Shown here in pieces: positions 50,101 to 62,045 of a stretch of 64,000 bases of DNA. A model generated the notes under the pieces. It had not been told where the DNA came from and searched no databases. It worked only from the letters and a program-made list of their open reading frames with translations. Made by a program: the position numbers and the translations under genes. This DNA comes from Ancylonema sp. (lineage: Eukaryota): contig JBFLGF010000003.1 of the NCBI GenBank assembly GCA_050230475.1, positions 62,001 to 126,000 on the forward strand, written 5' to 3'. Each line of letters starts with the position of its first letter. Positions within the stretch are counted from its first letter, which is position 1.

Positions 50101-53100
50101 TAGATGATCTCGTAGTCGTAGGCAGCCAGGGTGGCTGCCCACCTGGCATGTCGTCGGGATGTAGTGCGGGCTTCTGAGAAGTACTGGAGGTTCTTATGGT
50201 CGGTGTAGACTTGCACTGGGTGCTGGGCTCCCTCCACATACACTCTTCAGTGCTTGAAGCCCTCCACCACTACAAGTAGCTCTTTGTCGTAGATAGGGTA
50301 ATTCAGCTCCGCGGCAAAGAATTTGCGGGAGTAGTAGCAGACCGGGTGTAGGTCGCCTTGGGGGGTGGTTTGGGACAGGATGCAGCCGAGTGCGAAGTCG
50401 GAGGCATCCGCTTCGATGCTGAGGGGGAGCTCTGGCTGGAAATGCTTAAGGATGGGGGCAGATGTGAAGGACTGCTGCAGCTGCCGGAAGGCCGCACCTG
50501 CTTCGTCAGACCAGGTAAACTTTACAACCTTGCGACAAAGAGTAGTGAGAGGGGTAGTTAGCGCAGAGTAGTGCAAGATAAAATTTCGGTAGAAATTAGC
50601 AAAACCTAAGAAAGACTGTACATCTTTGACATTTAGGAATAGACCAGTCTAGGATAGCGGATACCTTTGCAGGATCCATACCTTTACCGGCCTTAGAGAC
50701 CATGTATCCGACAAATGTCATGCTGTCTTTATTAAATTCACATTTTCCCACCTTTGCATAGAGCTTGTTGTCCCGCAGGATCTGGAGGATGGCGCGAACA
50801 TGCCCAACATGGAGGGAGGGGTCTTCAGAGAAGATGATGACGTCGTCCTAGATCCCCACCGTCGTCAGGTCCAGGTGATCTCTTAAAATATCATTCATGA
50901 AGTGCTGGAACATTGCAGGAGCGTTAGTAGGTCCCTGGGGACACACTTGGTACTCGAAATGTCTTTCACGACATCTGAATGTTGTTTTCCATTCATCCCC
51001 TTCCGTAACCCTAACCAAGTGATAAGCATTACGTAATTCAATCTTGGTGAAGATTTTAGCACGATGCAATCTGTCCAGCATTTTAGGGATGAGGGGTAGG
51101 GGGTAGCGATTTTTGACAGTGACCTTATTCAACTCTCGGTAGTCCACAACTAACCGCAATTTGCCGTCTGGTCGTTTTATGAACATGACAGGTGCAGCAG
51201 CTGGGGATTTCGAAGGGCGAATAAAAAAGCCATTGGCGAGGTAGTTTTTGATGTAAGTAAGTCTTCAGTGTCCCTAGTTCCGGGGCAGACATAGAGTAGA
51301 TGGGCTCCCAGGGAGGAGCCGCACCAAGCTGCAACCAACGGAATGTCGAGGTCGGTCGTACTTGCGGTGAGTGGGAAGGGTGTTGGCTTGGGCTTCCGAG
51401 AAGACATCCAAGAAGTCAGTCATGGTAAGCTTCTGGGAGGGACCTGGGTGTTTATGGGTGAGGAGGGGAAGGAGGGGGGGGGAGGGGGAAAGGGAGGAGG
51501 GGGAGGGAGGGGGATGATGGAATGGGGACAGGAAATGTAGCACCGATGAAGGGAGGGGGAGGGAAGGGAACATGGGTGATGGGGGGGATACCACAGGGTG
51601 CAGGACCAGGGGGGGGGAGGAGGGGGGGGACAAGACTGGAGGAGAGGCACAAGGGGGAGTCCCCGCTTGCCAGTCGATGCGAGGGTTGTGGCGGACGAGC
51701 CAAGGGAAGCCGAACACCAAGAGGAAGTGGGCCAGGCGGATGAGCTGAAGCTGAAAGGTAATGTTTTTTGTATGGGTGCCATGGATCCGGATGCGGGAGG
51801 GGTAGAAGTGGGTGATGGGAGCGGCAGAACTGCCGTCAATAAGATCGACAGGGATGGGATGAGGGTGGGGGGTGGGTGTCAACTGATGTGTAGTCAAAAC
51901 AAAAGGGTCCAAGAAGGTGCCCGAGGCGCCGGAGTCGACGAGGCCCAGAAGAGAGACAGGGGTGTGGCCATGGAGGAGGAGGTGGACGGTGAGGGAAAGG
52001 TGGCAGGGGGTGGGAAAGGGGAGAGGGTTGGGGAGGGGGTTGGGGAGGGGAAGTACGCCGCCCAGCCAGGGCCCCTATTGGCTGGGGCGAGCGTTTTTTT
52101 AAGGGTCTGGGATGGGCAAGGCGGGCTGGGACTGGTCAGGGAGGGTGGGAATTTGTTGCCAGGGACCAGGGAACTGGGACTGGTGGACCAGCTACCAGGG
52201 GGGAGCTGAAAGGTACCCCTGGCTTGGTAGCGGTTGGGACAGGTGGCGATGGCGTGGCCTGGCTTGCCGCAGTACGCGCAAAGCCCGGCATCGAACCGGC
52301 GGGGCGGCGGCGTTCGTCTTGGGTAAGTGCGCCACGGAACCCTCGGGTGGCGTCTAATGTCCATGGGGGTGGGGGAAAAAGTGGTTTGGGGCTGACGAGG
52401 GGGAGGGGGGTTGTAGGGAGTGGGCTTCACGTAGGGCTGAAACTGAGGTCGGGGAGGGGGGGGGTGGTGGCCAGATCACCTCGGGAGGAGTGGGCGGCGG
52501 CCTGGTTTTGCTCGACGGAGATGGCCGCCGCGATATACGCCTGAAAAGTAGGGGGGGGGGGACCACGACTGGTAAGTTCGAATCTTATGACTTCTTTTAA
52601 TTTCTGAGCAAATTCAAATATCAAAGAATGATCAGGCCATCTGGGACGAAACGCATTTGTACTACTCTGACTTTGAATTGCTAACTCCGATACGGTACCG
52701 GTCTGACGCAGGGTGATGAGGGAGCGCTCCAAATGTTGCAAGGTGACCCCTCCTCCGAAGAAGTCCTCAATCAAGTTCTTGGAGGAAGGAGAGGAGAGTG
52801 TAGGTGGGGGGAACGCGAAAGAAAAAAGGTGGCCGGGTCCACAAGGGAGTAGTACCAATCAGCCGCCCGCCAGGCCCTCGAGGAGGTGCCCCGCGAAGAT
52901 GATTTGAGATTCCGCTATGGCATATGTTTGAGGCATGGCCCCAATGTATTGGGTCAGACGTAGTTTGAATAAGCTTACTTGAGAAGGAGTGCTCGAGAAA
53001 GAGGGAGGGAGAGGAAGTTTGAGGTCGTAGATAGGATGGGGAGGGGGAGGGGGGTAGTGAGGAGGAGGGGGGGGTTGTTGGGGTGGGGGTGGTTGAGGCT

Positions 53101-53844
53101 GTTGTTGAAGATTGGCTTGTTCTCGCCCAATGAATTTCTTTCATCCACCAATTCTTGGTTGTGTTCTTCCATGTCATGAATATGTTGGTTTTGTTGTTTG
53201 GTAGTCACGGATTTGCCGATTCTCCAATTCAAGCTCCGCCACGCGGCGTTGAGCCGCATCCATTGCACCATCAAACGCAGCCATGAAAAGAAAAGAGAGA
53301 AAGAGGAAGAAGGAAAAAACGAGAGACGAGAGAAAAAGAAAATGGAAAAAAAAAGAGGAAAAAGACGGACGAGAGATATGGAAGAGAAGAATGAGAAAAA
53401 AGAGAAAATAGAAGAAAGAAGAGGGTGGTAAGAAAATTTCGCTTCTTAACAAAGTGTAAGGGGCATAGCTTAATGAAAATATGGGATGGGAAAATGTGTA
53501 CTAAAGGAAGCAAGTTTTACATGAGTTGTTAGAAGCGAGAAAGACTACGCTTCTAACTCGTATAAGTACTAAGGGAAGAGTGAGAACACATGTAAGAAAT
53601 GGTCACTAGCGAAAGAGGACGAAGTCCGCGACGCGAACGACTGGTGAATGTTCGGGAAAGTCTGACGGGAAATCACTACGCGACAAACAACTTATTCGCG
53701 AAACGAAATAACTAAAGGTGACGCGAAACGAAAATAACTCAAGTGACGCGAAAACTGAAAGTGACGCGAAACGAAACTAAAGGTGAGACTCTATGCTAGT
53801 ATTGTTGGGACCACTCCCTTTAGTCACTAGTTCTCGTCCTAACA
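47147..53844 (-). mobile_element. Full-length Ty3/Gypsy chromovirus element C (Tcn1/Tf1-like) nested in element D
   Basis: Perfect TSD GGTAT (47142-46 and 53845-49); LTRs 53455-53844 and 47147-48410; gag CAYCGKPGHAIATC, protease VDSGA, RT, RNase H, integrase, chromodomain; many indels. Confidence 0.96.
47180..48042. mobile_element. Insertion of about 860 bp in the 3' LTR of element C (solo-LTR-like or unclassified element)
   Basis: Absent from the partner LTR; flanked by GAT on both sides; inner ends TGTCA (47181) and TGACA (48037). Confidence 0.75.
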
Positions 53845-54617
53845 GGTATGGCAGGGAGCGGAAATTGAATGTGATTGAAGGCCGCCCTTACCATCACTCC
53901 AACGGAAAGTGAATCTCTCAGTGTAGGCGTCGTACGCCCCCATCACCCCATCCCCAAGGTGACATCGTAGGCCGTTGTATCCACCACTGTGGCGTGGAGC
54001 TCCACCACACACAAATTGTCAGTGCCCCGTCCCAAGGTGAACTTGAGTTTGTTCTTGGTGACTCCCTGCGGCATCTCGATGGCTCCACTGGCTGTATCAA
54101 ACTCCACTCCCCTCTAGAGCGACTAGGAGTGGATTTGCATGGCTGCGGCAAACTTCTTGCTCAACATCACCTTGGCTGCCCTTGTGTCCAAAATGCTTTC
54201 TTTGGGGACATACCCTTCTACATCTAGGATGCCGTTGGTATTGGAGATGTAAACCGGGGTGTAATGCGTGTGTTGGCGATATGCCTCTGCAACCGCGGGT
54301 ACGAGTATCTCCTGTTCTGCCGGAAAGTGTTATAGAGGGAAATGTCTTTCCTCATCTATTGCCTTTCTCCACATACTGGCGGCCACCTCACCCGCCAATC
54401 GTAGGAAGTTCCTGGTAGCATCTCTTAGGTGAGCCACCGTCTGCAAGGGTGTCTCCATCAGCAGTTCTTCCTGATCCCCCATTGGCGGTTCTGGAAACAA
54501 GGTTGTCGGAGGGTACTTAAGATCTGTAGTGCCTGGCTCCAAGCTGGAGAGTGGCAGGCCATGAGAAAAGGATTCTGGTAGCATCTCCTTGTAGGCATAC
54601 TTGTGTGGTACATCTGG

Positions 54618-54949
54618 TGTTAGGATGCTATAGTGAAGAAAGAATCTTAGCTTAGAAAAGCACACACACACACACACACTCAAGTGCTCGGACTGGGAAG
54701 AGAAGCACTAAGTGTATGAAAGGCACATGAATTGTTAGAAGCAAGTAAGACGATGCTTCTAACATGCACTTATACTAATGAAGTGTAGACACACACTAAT
54801 GGGAGAATAAGAGAACTAGTGCATACTTACTAGAAGCACAACTGAGCACTAGGGTAGAAGCACAACTGAAACTAGGCTAGAAGCACACAAGTGCGGGATG
54901 GGGATACTCACTAGAGGAACACTAGTGACTATAGGCAGTAGTCCTAACA
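54618..54949 (-). mobile_element. Solo LTR (332 bp) of the chromovirus family inserted in the gag-protease linker of element D
   Basis: TGTTAGGA...TCCTAACA termini; flanks TCTGG and CCTGG (4/5 TSD match); similar to LTR 15700-16016; removing it restores the reading frame VPEVPDVPHK. Confidence 0.92.
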
Positions 54950-57839
54950 CCTGGCACCTCTGGCACGACTGCTGGTACAGAGGGAGTAGTTAATGGATCA
55001 GGCTGCCTCCGACTAGCGTTGTTGCCGGACTGTGGTACTTCGGTGGAAGTAGAAGGTGAGAAATGCACTCGTCGTGCAGTACTCTGCTCTGCAAATTCAC
55101 TTGCTTGTTGTGTGGGCTGCGGCGTTCGGGTAGATCTCCCCTGCATCATTGCTGGGGCTGCGCGATGGTACCTCACCACCATGCCCTGAAATTTGTAATT
55201 GGGACTAGTGAATTCTGATGCCTTGCTCCTTTTCCGGTTGTTGACATTCATTGCGGCTTGTCTTTTCTTGAGTAGCTCGGTAGGAAGGAGTTCAAGGTGT
55301 GTAGCCTAGCATTGTGCCTCCACATGTCCAGGTTTCTTGCATGCCGAACAAACTACTCCATTGGTTTTGTGAGCTGCCAGACTGTCCAACGGAATCACTG
55401 GCAATAGCGTTGGAGGGGGACCTGGGAGCACTGTGCGAGGCACTTCACGGCAACAACTTGCAATATGCCCTATTTTCTTGCACTGATTGCACTCTCTCAT
55501 ATCTGGCGTAGGGTCTGGTCTTGCGTCAAGGCGATCCCTAATATCTCTGCCCCTCCCCAATCTCTCCTCCATGGGCCGATGTGGCACTTTGGGAATGACA
55601 GATGGCGGTGGCCCATTGTCAATGTGACGTGCGTCAGGTGTCAAACCAGCGGCTCTCTGCTCCGTTTCGAATTTCAGCAAGAACGCTTCACTGTCTTGAG
55701 CAAGCTTCATTAGCTCATCCGTGTCGGCTAGCGCGTCCCCCTTCTTGAACCGCCTCATGTCCTCCCGCATCATGGCCCCTAGCGTGGCCTTCCGGATGTG
55801 TGGGGGAATGTGCACTCTCAGGTTGAGAGAAAGACCACGCGTCGTCATGAGTCCTGCGGTCAGGAGCAGTTCGGCCACCTCGTCAAACCTATCGGCCAAC
55901 TTGACCAAAGACTCTCGTGGCTGAGGTCGAAAGGCCTTCAGATCCTCGAAAAAGTCTGCGGATGCCATCTGATACGCAAACTGTATGATGCTCAGGAATT
56001 CTTCGAGATCAGCTGGCCCCTCTATAGGGTCCTCTTGTTGGTCAGGACGAGTGGGAACGGCAACTAGGACTGCCATATAGACGCGATTGAGGTTGTAAAC
56101 CGCTCTCTCCATGTAATTGTTTCTCCATACGGCACGATCGGCTTCCATGGCAATGGTATCCAATATATACGGATTGTTGTCTTTCGCCCAATTCCACTTG
56201 TCGAGGAAATTGTCGAGCAGTCTGCGTGCCTGTCCTCCAAGTCGGTTGAGGAGCGACTCCATGTAATCGTATTGAGCCACTCCCCCACCTAGATGGCGTT
56301 GAGGGTCATTAAGAATTGCCTTCCACCCCACTTGTGTTGGATTCCGGATAACCTTTGGGTAACCGGAATATTTGTAATCTGAATAAGTTTAGCTTTAGCC
56401 GGCACCGGATTGACGCGCGAGCGCGAGCGAGCCACAGTTGTTTGGATTAGATTATTCGGTTCATAAGGGCGCGCGTGATTTCGGCGCGGGCGTGTTTAGT
56501 TTCGTCACGGGCGTGCATAGTATTTGCATGGGCGTGCTTGGTTTCATGTCGGGCGCATTTAGTTTTAAATGGGCGCGTTAAGTTTCCATCCGTTTCTCGT
56601 ACGGGCGCGTGACAATTAGTGAAACAGATTGGTTTGGTTTTGCACTTTTTTGTGCACGAGACAATTGTTCGCGTTCGTCGTAGGATTCATCAGAGAATTC
56701 GCATGATGAGATTCAGAGTATAGAGGAAAGACAATTGTGACTCATTTTGATTCATTCGCGTAGTCGATATACCGTTACTATGGCATTTTCATATGAGTAC
56801 ATGGGAATTGAGCATGGTGTATTAGATATGCATTGCACTAGATTAATAGTCTGAAATCCAGTTGTGAGTGATCTGGCCTTATGGCAGACCCCGCTGGTAT
56901 CAACCTGTGCATCCATTATGAATATGCGTTGTGCGTTTCCGCCATCACTTGTATACTTCTTTTCAGTAATGATGTTCATAATGATTTATTTATTTTTTCG
57001 AGTAAAAAGAACAAGTCTTTGTAAGTTTCTTATGGCAAGGCAATGCCGTTCGGACTGAACGTAATGTGTTCGAAACAGTAAAGGTATGTCAAAACGAATT
57101 CACAATTGATTCAGAAAGATATAAAATAATAATAGTTACCAGCCGAAATCACTTCACAAAATCTTAATACACGATAGTTCGAGTCAAGATTTTATCAGCG
57201 GTTCCCGAGGTCTACAAAGACCTGTTAAGGTCTGAGAAGCACCTTTCTAACTTACATAGTGTCTGCCTTTACTCAGGTACTGTCTGATCAGCATCTTCTT
57301 TGCGGCGCCACTAGACGGCTGCACCGACATCTAGGCTAATGCATTCCTAGCCAAGTATTACAATGTCTTCGTCATGTACATCAATATTGCAACTAGGTAC
57401 AATGTATGGCCACCGCAAGACTGATCTGAGTCATGCTAATGCATTGCTGGCGTGTGCTAACGATCGCAGCACATGCATAAAATAGAGTAGAACTACAAGT
57501 ACTTTGTCGGGATCGTAAGTGAATACCATTTAGACACCCTGTCCATTCATGTGGATATCTAGTCTACGGCACGTGGTATAAAAAGCATGGGTGTAACTAC
57601 AATAATACAGTAACGCGTCGTCTGACAGGTCCGCCGATAATGTAGGCGAGTAAGTCGCGGTAAATGGCGGAGCGCATCCGACGTTCGATTCATAACTAAG
57701 GCCTTAGCTCGACAACCGAAACTTAACTTCACGATGGTTGTTTGGGCACGTGCCAAATAGAGACGTAAGGTTAGGTACCCCCGCGGGTGCATACCGTAAT
57801 CCTAATTGTAACGTAATCGTTCGTTCATACAAGTTCTAG

Positions 57840-58195
57840 TCTTTGTATAGGCACATTATTTGTTTAGGCACAATTGCTCGTTTTCCTCTATATATCATCA
57901 TATAGGCACACGATCGTTTCCAGTCCGACAAAGTGAATATGATACCATTGTAGGTATTCACGCTCCAATCAGCAAATAAGACAATATTTCATGGTGATCT
58001 TTGTTCAACGACATGGCAAACGAAGTTCATGAGCTCAGGTAGTCAAAAAATTTGAGATTCCCTCGTTACAGGCACATCTACCTCAGGGCCCCTGGCAAAT
58101 ATGTCTGTAACGCGATTAACGCGTTACAGACATAACCACGTTACAGGCATACGTTTTCGGTGTCCCAAGAGTGTGCCTATAACGAGTATTTACTG
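57840..58195. mobile_element. End of a pogo-like MITE, TIR followed by TA
   Basis: cctataacgagtatttactg followed by ta; homologous to 21418-21680. Confidence 0.7.
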
Positions 58196-58895
58196 TAATG
58201 TGTTGCACAGCTGCAGTCACCGAACGTCACTAGATTGTCGTCTAGTGCAAAATGTAATATAGCGAACGTACGCTAATCACGTCTACGTGTTATTTCCCGC
58301 CACTATGCCGGCAGGGTCATACAACATCAACTGTACGGTGCTAGTGCGTCAATCATCTCTACCGCTATAATGCGAATCTACTTACGCCACTATCGCCTGC
58401 ACCGGTTCTTGATTGCAACCGGCGGCGCAATACGCCATATAGGCACACGATCATATGTGGACCGACACACCGAACTACAACTTGCTGTTGGACACGCCTG
58501 ATGATTAAATAAAATAAAATACCAGGGGTCTCGAGCCGGCAGCTCCTCTGCTTTCACCGTCAGATCCTAGAGAGAGATGAGCAAATCCACGTGATGCCTT
58601 TCCCACATGCCACGTGCCCCCTTTGCTTCTCAATTTACTCCTTCAAATTTGAATTTGACGTGGTCAAAATTAGCTGTAGTCACCGGGAGCCTAGTAGACA
58701 ATTGTGATCTTCTTAGACAAATCTTAACAACCTCCTAGCCTCCCAGCAGCATAATTTTGCGTGTCAGTACCGCTCTGCTTGCTGTTGTTGCTGTAGGAGT
58801 GCAAGGCGTGGTTGAATTTGAGAAGCGGTATCGAGAGGCCTGTTTGCATCCACACATTTTTTGTACACAGGTGGCAAGCACAGCAACTATCTGTG

Positions 58896-61539
58896 ATGCT
58901 GGGTTTGTCGCCCTCATGGCCTTGGTTTCTGTGCTTCATAATCCTCTGCCTCGTTCTCATCAGTTCCTTTCTGTACATCCTCCGCTTTGAGGGCCACAAC
59001 CCGCTTAGAAAGGGCTCGAAAATGAAGGAGAAATCGTCGCAACAATCCGTGGTGGATACAAGAAATGTGCAACCTCACGCGAAGGCCGTAACGGAGGACG
59101 ATTATTTCGCGACAATTCCTACAGCTGTCGTGTTTGAGCAAGAGCTTTGGCAGACCTGTTACGGGAGTCTGCATCCAGGGGTGCTCCTCGTCTATAGAGT
59201 GCTCGCATTTTCCTACCTCACGGTCGTTATGCTTTGGGATTTCCATAATATTTCATGGAAAGCATACTATTTTTTCACAGAGTAAGTCATTCCAAATTCT
59301 GAGCTAGTGTGCGGAATCGATTTTGCTTCCGCATTTTTTTTGCACGCTCTTTGTATATGATGAGTACCGAATTCGCATTTTCTTGAACTTGAATGACTGG
59401 AAGACCTGCCGCGGACAATTGTTAATACCACCAGGGGGGTGTTTTTCCAGATGGAACTTCACTATGCTGATTTTGTACTTCATGGTACGTGGAACCTATC
59501 TTTCACCCCCTGTTCAAAGCCACTCACATGCCACCTGAATAGAATACGCCAAGTTCGACCTGCAATGAGACACCTTCTTATCTGCTCCTCACATTGCAAC
59601 CAGACTCATTTTCATTTTCTGATCGATCCAAATAGACTGGCTCTGCTGGCTGCGTCTCAGATTGCCACATGTTTCAGTGCAAGAGCATGCCTCTCCATGC
59701 CTGCCACTTCCGCAGACGTCCCGCAAGAGGACTCCTATTCCCCCCTACCTGGCTCACAATCTGGGCCACTCCTGAGGTCCGTCAGAGGAAGTGATATTGC
59801 GGAGGGTGGATCTTCATCTGAGTCCAAATACTTGCGGTCTAGAAGTCCAGAGGAGGAGGAAGGCCATTGGTTGGCCTATGCTATCCAGGCGTCCTACCAG
59901 GTGAGACCCAACCTCCCCCGGAAACGGTTCTGATGCATTCGTTCTGACGCATCGGGTTTGACGCTCAGATTGCTCTACCCATGGCCGTTCTCGTCGAGTG
60001 TGTCTTCTGGTTGGTGCTGTTTCCAGAGGCAGTCCGCAACGATACCGCGGCCTACCAAATCACTTTTGTGAGTCTGCACACCCAAAGCCTCCTAACACCC
60101 GAAATCGAGAAGCTTAAGGGATACTCTGACGAAACATTCAGAATGGAGAAGGAATAGAGCGATCGAATTCAAGGCCTATCCCATCTCACTCCCTTCACTT
60201 TCTCTCCACAACAAGTACTTTGAAGCATGGGTGGCATGGCTGACACGATCCTTTCCTGGGTGGGGCCACAGGTGCGATTAACTCAGCACGCTGTCAATCT
60301 GGCGGTTGTGTCGGGGGAATTCACACTCAATAGTTTGGTGAGTCGCAGCTTCCCCCATGGCAGCACACTTCACCAACACACTTTCCTGAATACGTAGATG
60401 TACCTCTATACATACATATACTCTATGTGCCTACATATACCTATATACCTGATATATATACACATATGCATATATATACACATATGCATATATATATATG
60501 CATATATATATATATATATGTGTGTAGGTAGAGTGTATGTATTTAAACATATATATATATATGTATAAATACATACACTCTACCTACACATATATACATA
60601 TATATATATATATATATATGTAGGTAGAGTGTATGTATAAAAATATACTCTACCTACACATATGTATATATATATACATCAACTCTACCTATACATATAT
60701 ATATACACACACATTATGGACCTTCTCCTATAGATACTCATATGTGTTTCCATGTATACATGTATCTACCTGTATGTCAGGCACCATACTGGACACATCT
60801 CCAGTCCCAGAATCAGCATTGAAGGCCTGGATGGGCAATGCAAGTATGCCAAAGTGGGGCCCTTCTGTGATTTATTGATTCCATAATCAATCAGCCGTGA
60901 TTGATTGATTCATGTGTATATATTCAGTGTTTTTAGAAGTGGATAGTTGTGAGCTGTTCCACATGGCATTCTGAGGTGTTGCGATTCTTTTTTGTGCAGC
61001 GGTTTCCAGCCTTCCGTATGGCCTACATGCTCCTCTGGTCGGTCATTTTTGTGCTCTTCCAATGGTTCAACCATGATGTGGTGGGGCGGAGGTGAGCGAC
61101 TCTGGCCTTACCGACCCCCAATCAGATTGGATTGTGTTTTCTTCTCACCCCCGTTTTACTCTCTGTCTTTTTTTGGTTCCCCCAGTTGGGCGTACGGCTT
61201 TCTATCCAATGACACGTTGGAAGCCCCGTTGTGGTGAGCCAGCCATTGACAGGCCGGGAAATATGCAATCTGGATGTCCGCCAGGTGGCGCGTACAGAAT
61301 TGAAATGCATTTTCCTGCCCCTCTTGTCATAAAGCATGATGAAATCGTGTTTATTTGGTCCTGGGTGCAGGTACTTGGGGCTGCTAGGGTTCCACCTTAT
61401 CTGTTATTGGTTGTGGGTGGAACTGCATCGAGTGAAGCAATGGATTTTCCCGATGAGTGCACAATGGCGTGCATATTTGCAAACCACGACTGACGAGATG
61501 TATGAGTGTCCGATAGAGACGAGTGTGATGGAGGTGTGA
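58896..61539 (+). CDS. Multi-pass membrane protein, plant rolling-stone-like (FAR-17a/AIG1-related) family; about 8 exons
   Basis: Exons: WQTCYGSLHPGVLLVYR...YFFTE/WNFTMLILYF/.../CVFWLVLFP/QHAVN...EFTLNSL/RFPAFRMAY...FQW/WAYGFL...APLW/YLGLLGFH. Confidence 0.85.
60395..60715. repeat. TA-rich intronic array with alternating-orientation copies of CTCTACCTACACA
   Basis: An inverted repeat of about 30 bp is visible at 60515-60600. Confidence 0.9.
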
Positions 61540-62045
61540 ATATGTACACAAGGGTATGCTGGAATCAGAAGTAGATGCTCTCAATTTTATGTTTCTTGTA
61601 GTGCTAGTCAAGTGCTTTTCGATCGAGGGCAATGCATGCCATGTGACATTGTGGTGTTCACACGGAATGTGAACACCCATGTTTTCGGGCATTGTTTTTT
61701 TTTTTTTTTAAGAGTCTATATATGTCGTCATCTTGTCACATCTATGAAATTTTTGTAGGGTGGATGATAAGCAGTCAACGATACATTGATGACATGATAG
61801 GTAATGTCGTGTAATTTGTAATTTGTGCACAGCACGCACATGTATATAAGTGCAACAAGGTCGGGAACATGGCACTTGATCAGCCTCCACCAAATTTTCC
61901 ATTGTGACTTTTGGCCGCGAGCGATGACTTGCATCAATAACATTGTGCCGGATTCGGATTCAGTATGCCTTCTATACATTGCGATGGACGGAAAAACACC
62001 AAATTGTTTGCAATTCGAAAGATTTGGCCATTTGTGCCATGCGGG

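Larger units (their letters stand above)
44061..57222 (-). mobile_element. Decayed Ty3/Gypsy element D with order gag - protease - C5 DNA methyltransferase - RT - RNase H; integrase and 3' LTR absent; interrupted by nested inserts
   Basis: Gag 55306-56331 with two CCHC knuckles; protease ILDT(R)AAKVML near 54180; DNMT 45782-46800; RT 44700-45420 (CGDYRPLN, KLDLRSGYYQ, PFG..NAP.YFQ, YIDD); RNase H 44061-44500 (LTTDWSQRGMGAILSQ, TDHEPL, NADCLSR). Outer boundary is tentative. Confidence 0.9.

Noticed and set aside
48450..53280. Programmed frameshifting in element C
   Set aside because: Indels are numerous and scattered, which fits decay or sequencing error better.
53174..53513. Phe-rich and Lys/Glu-rich ORFs
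   Set aside because: Pyrimidine-rich 5' leader of element C.
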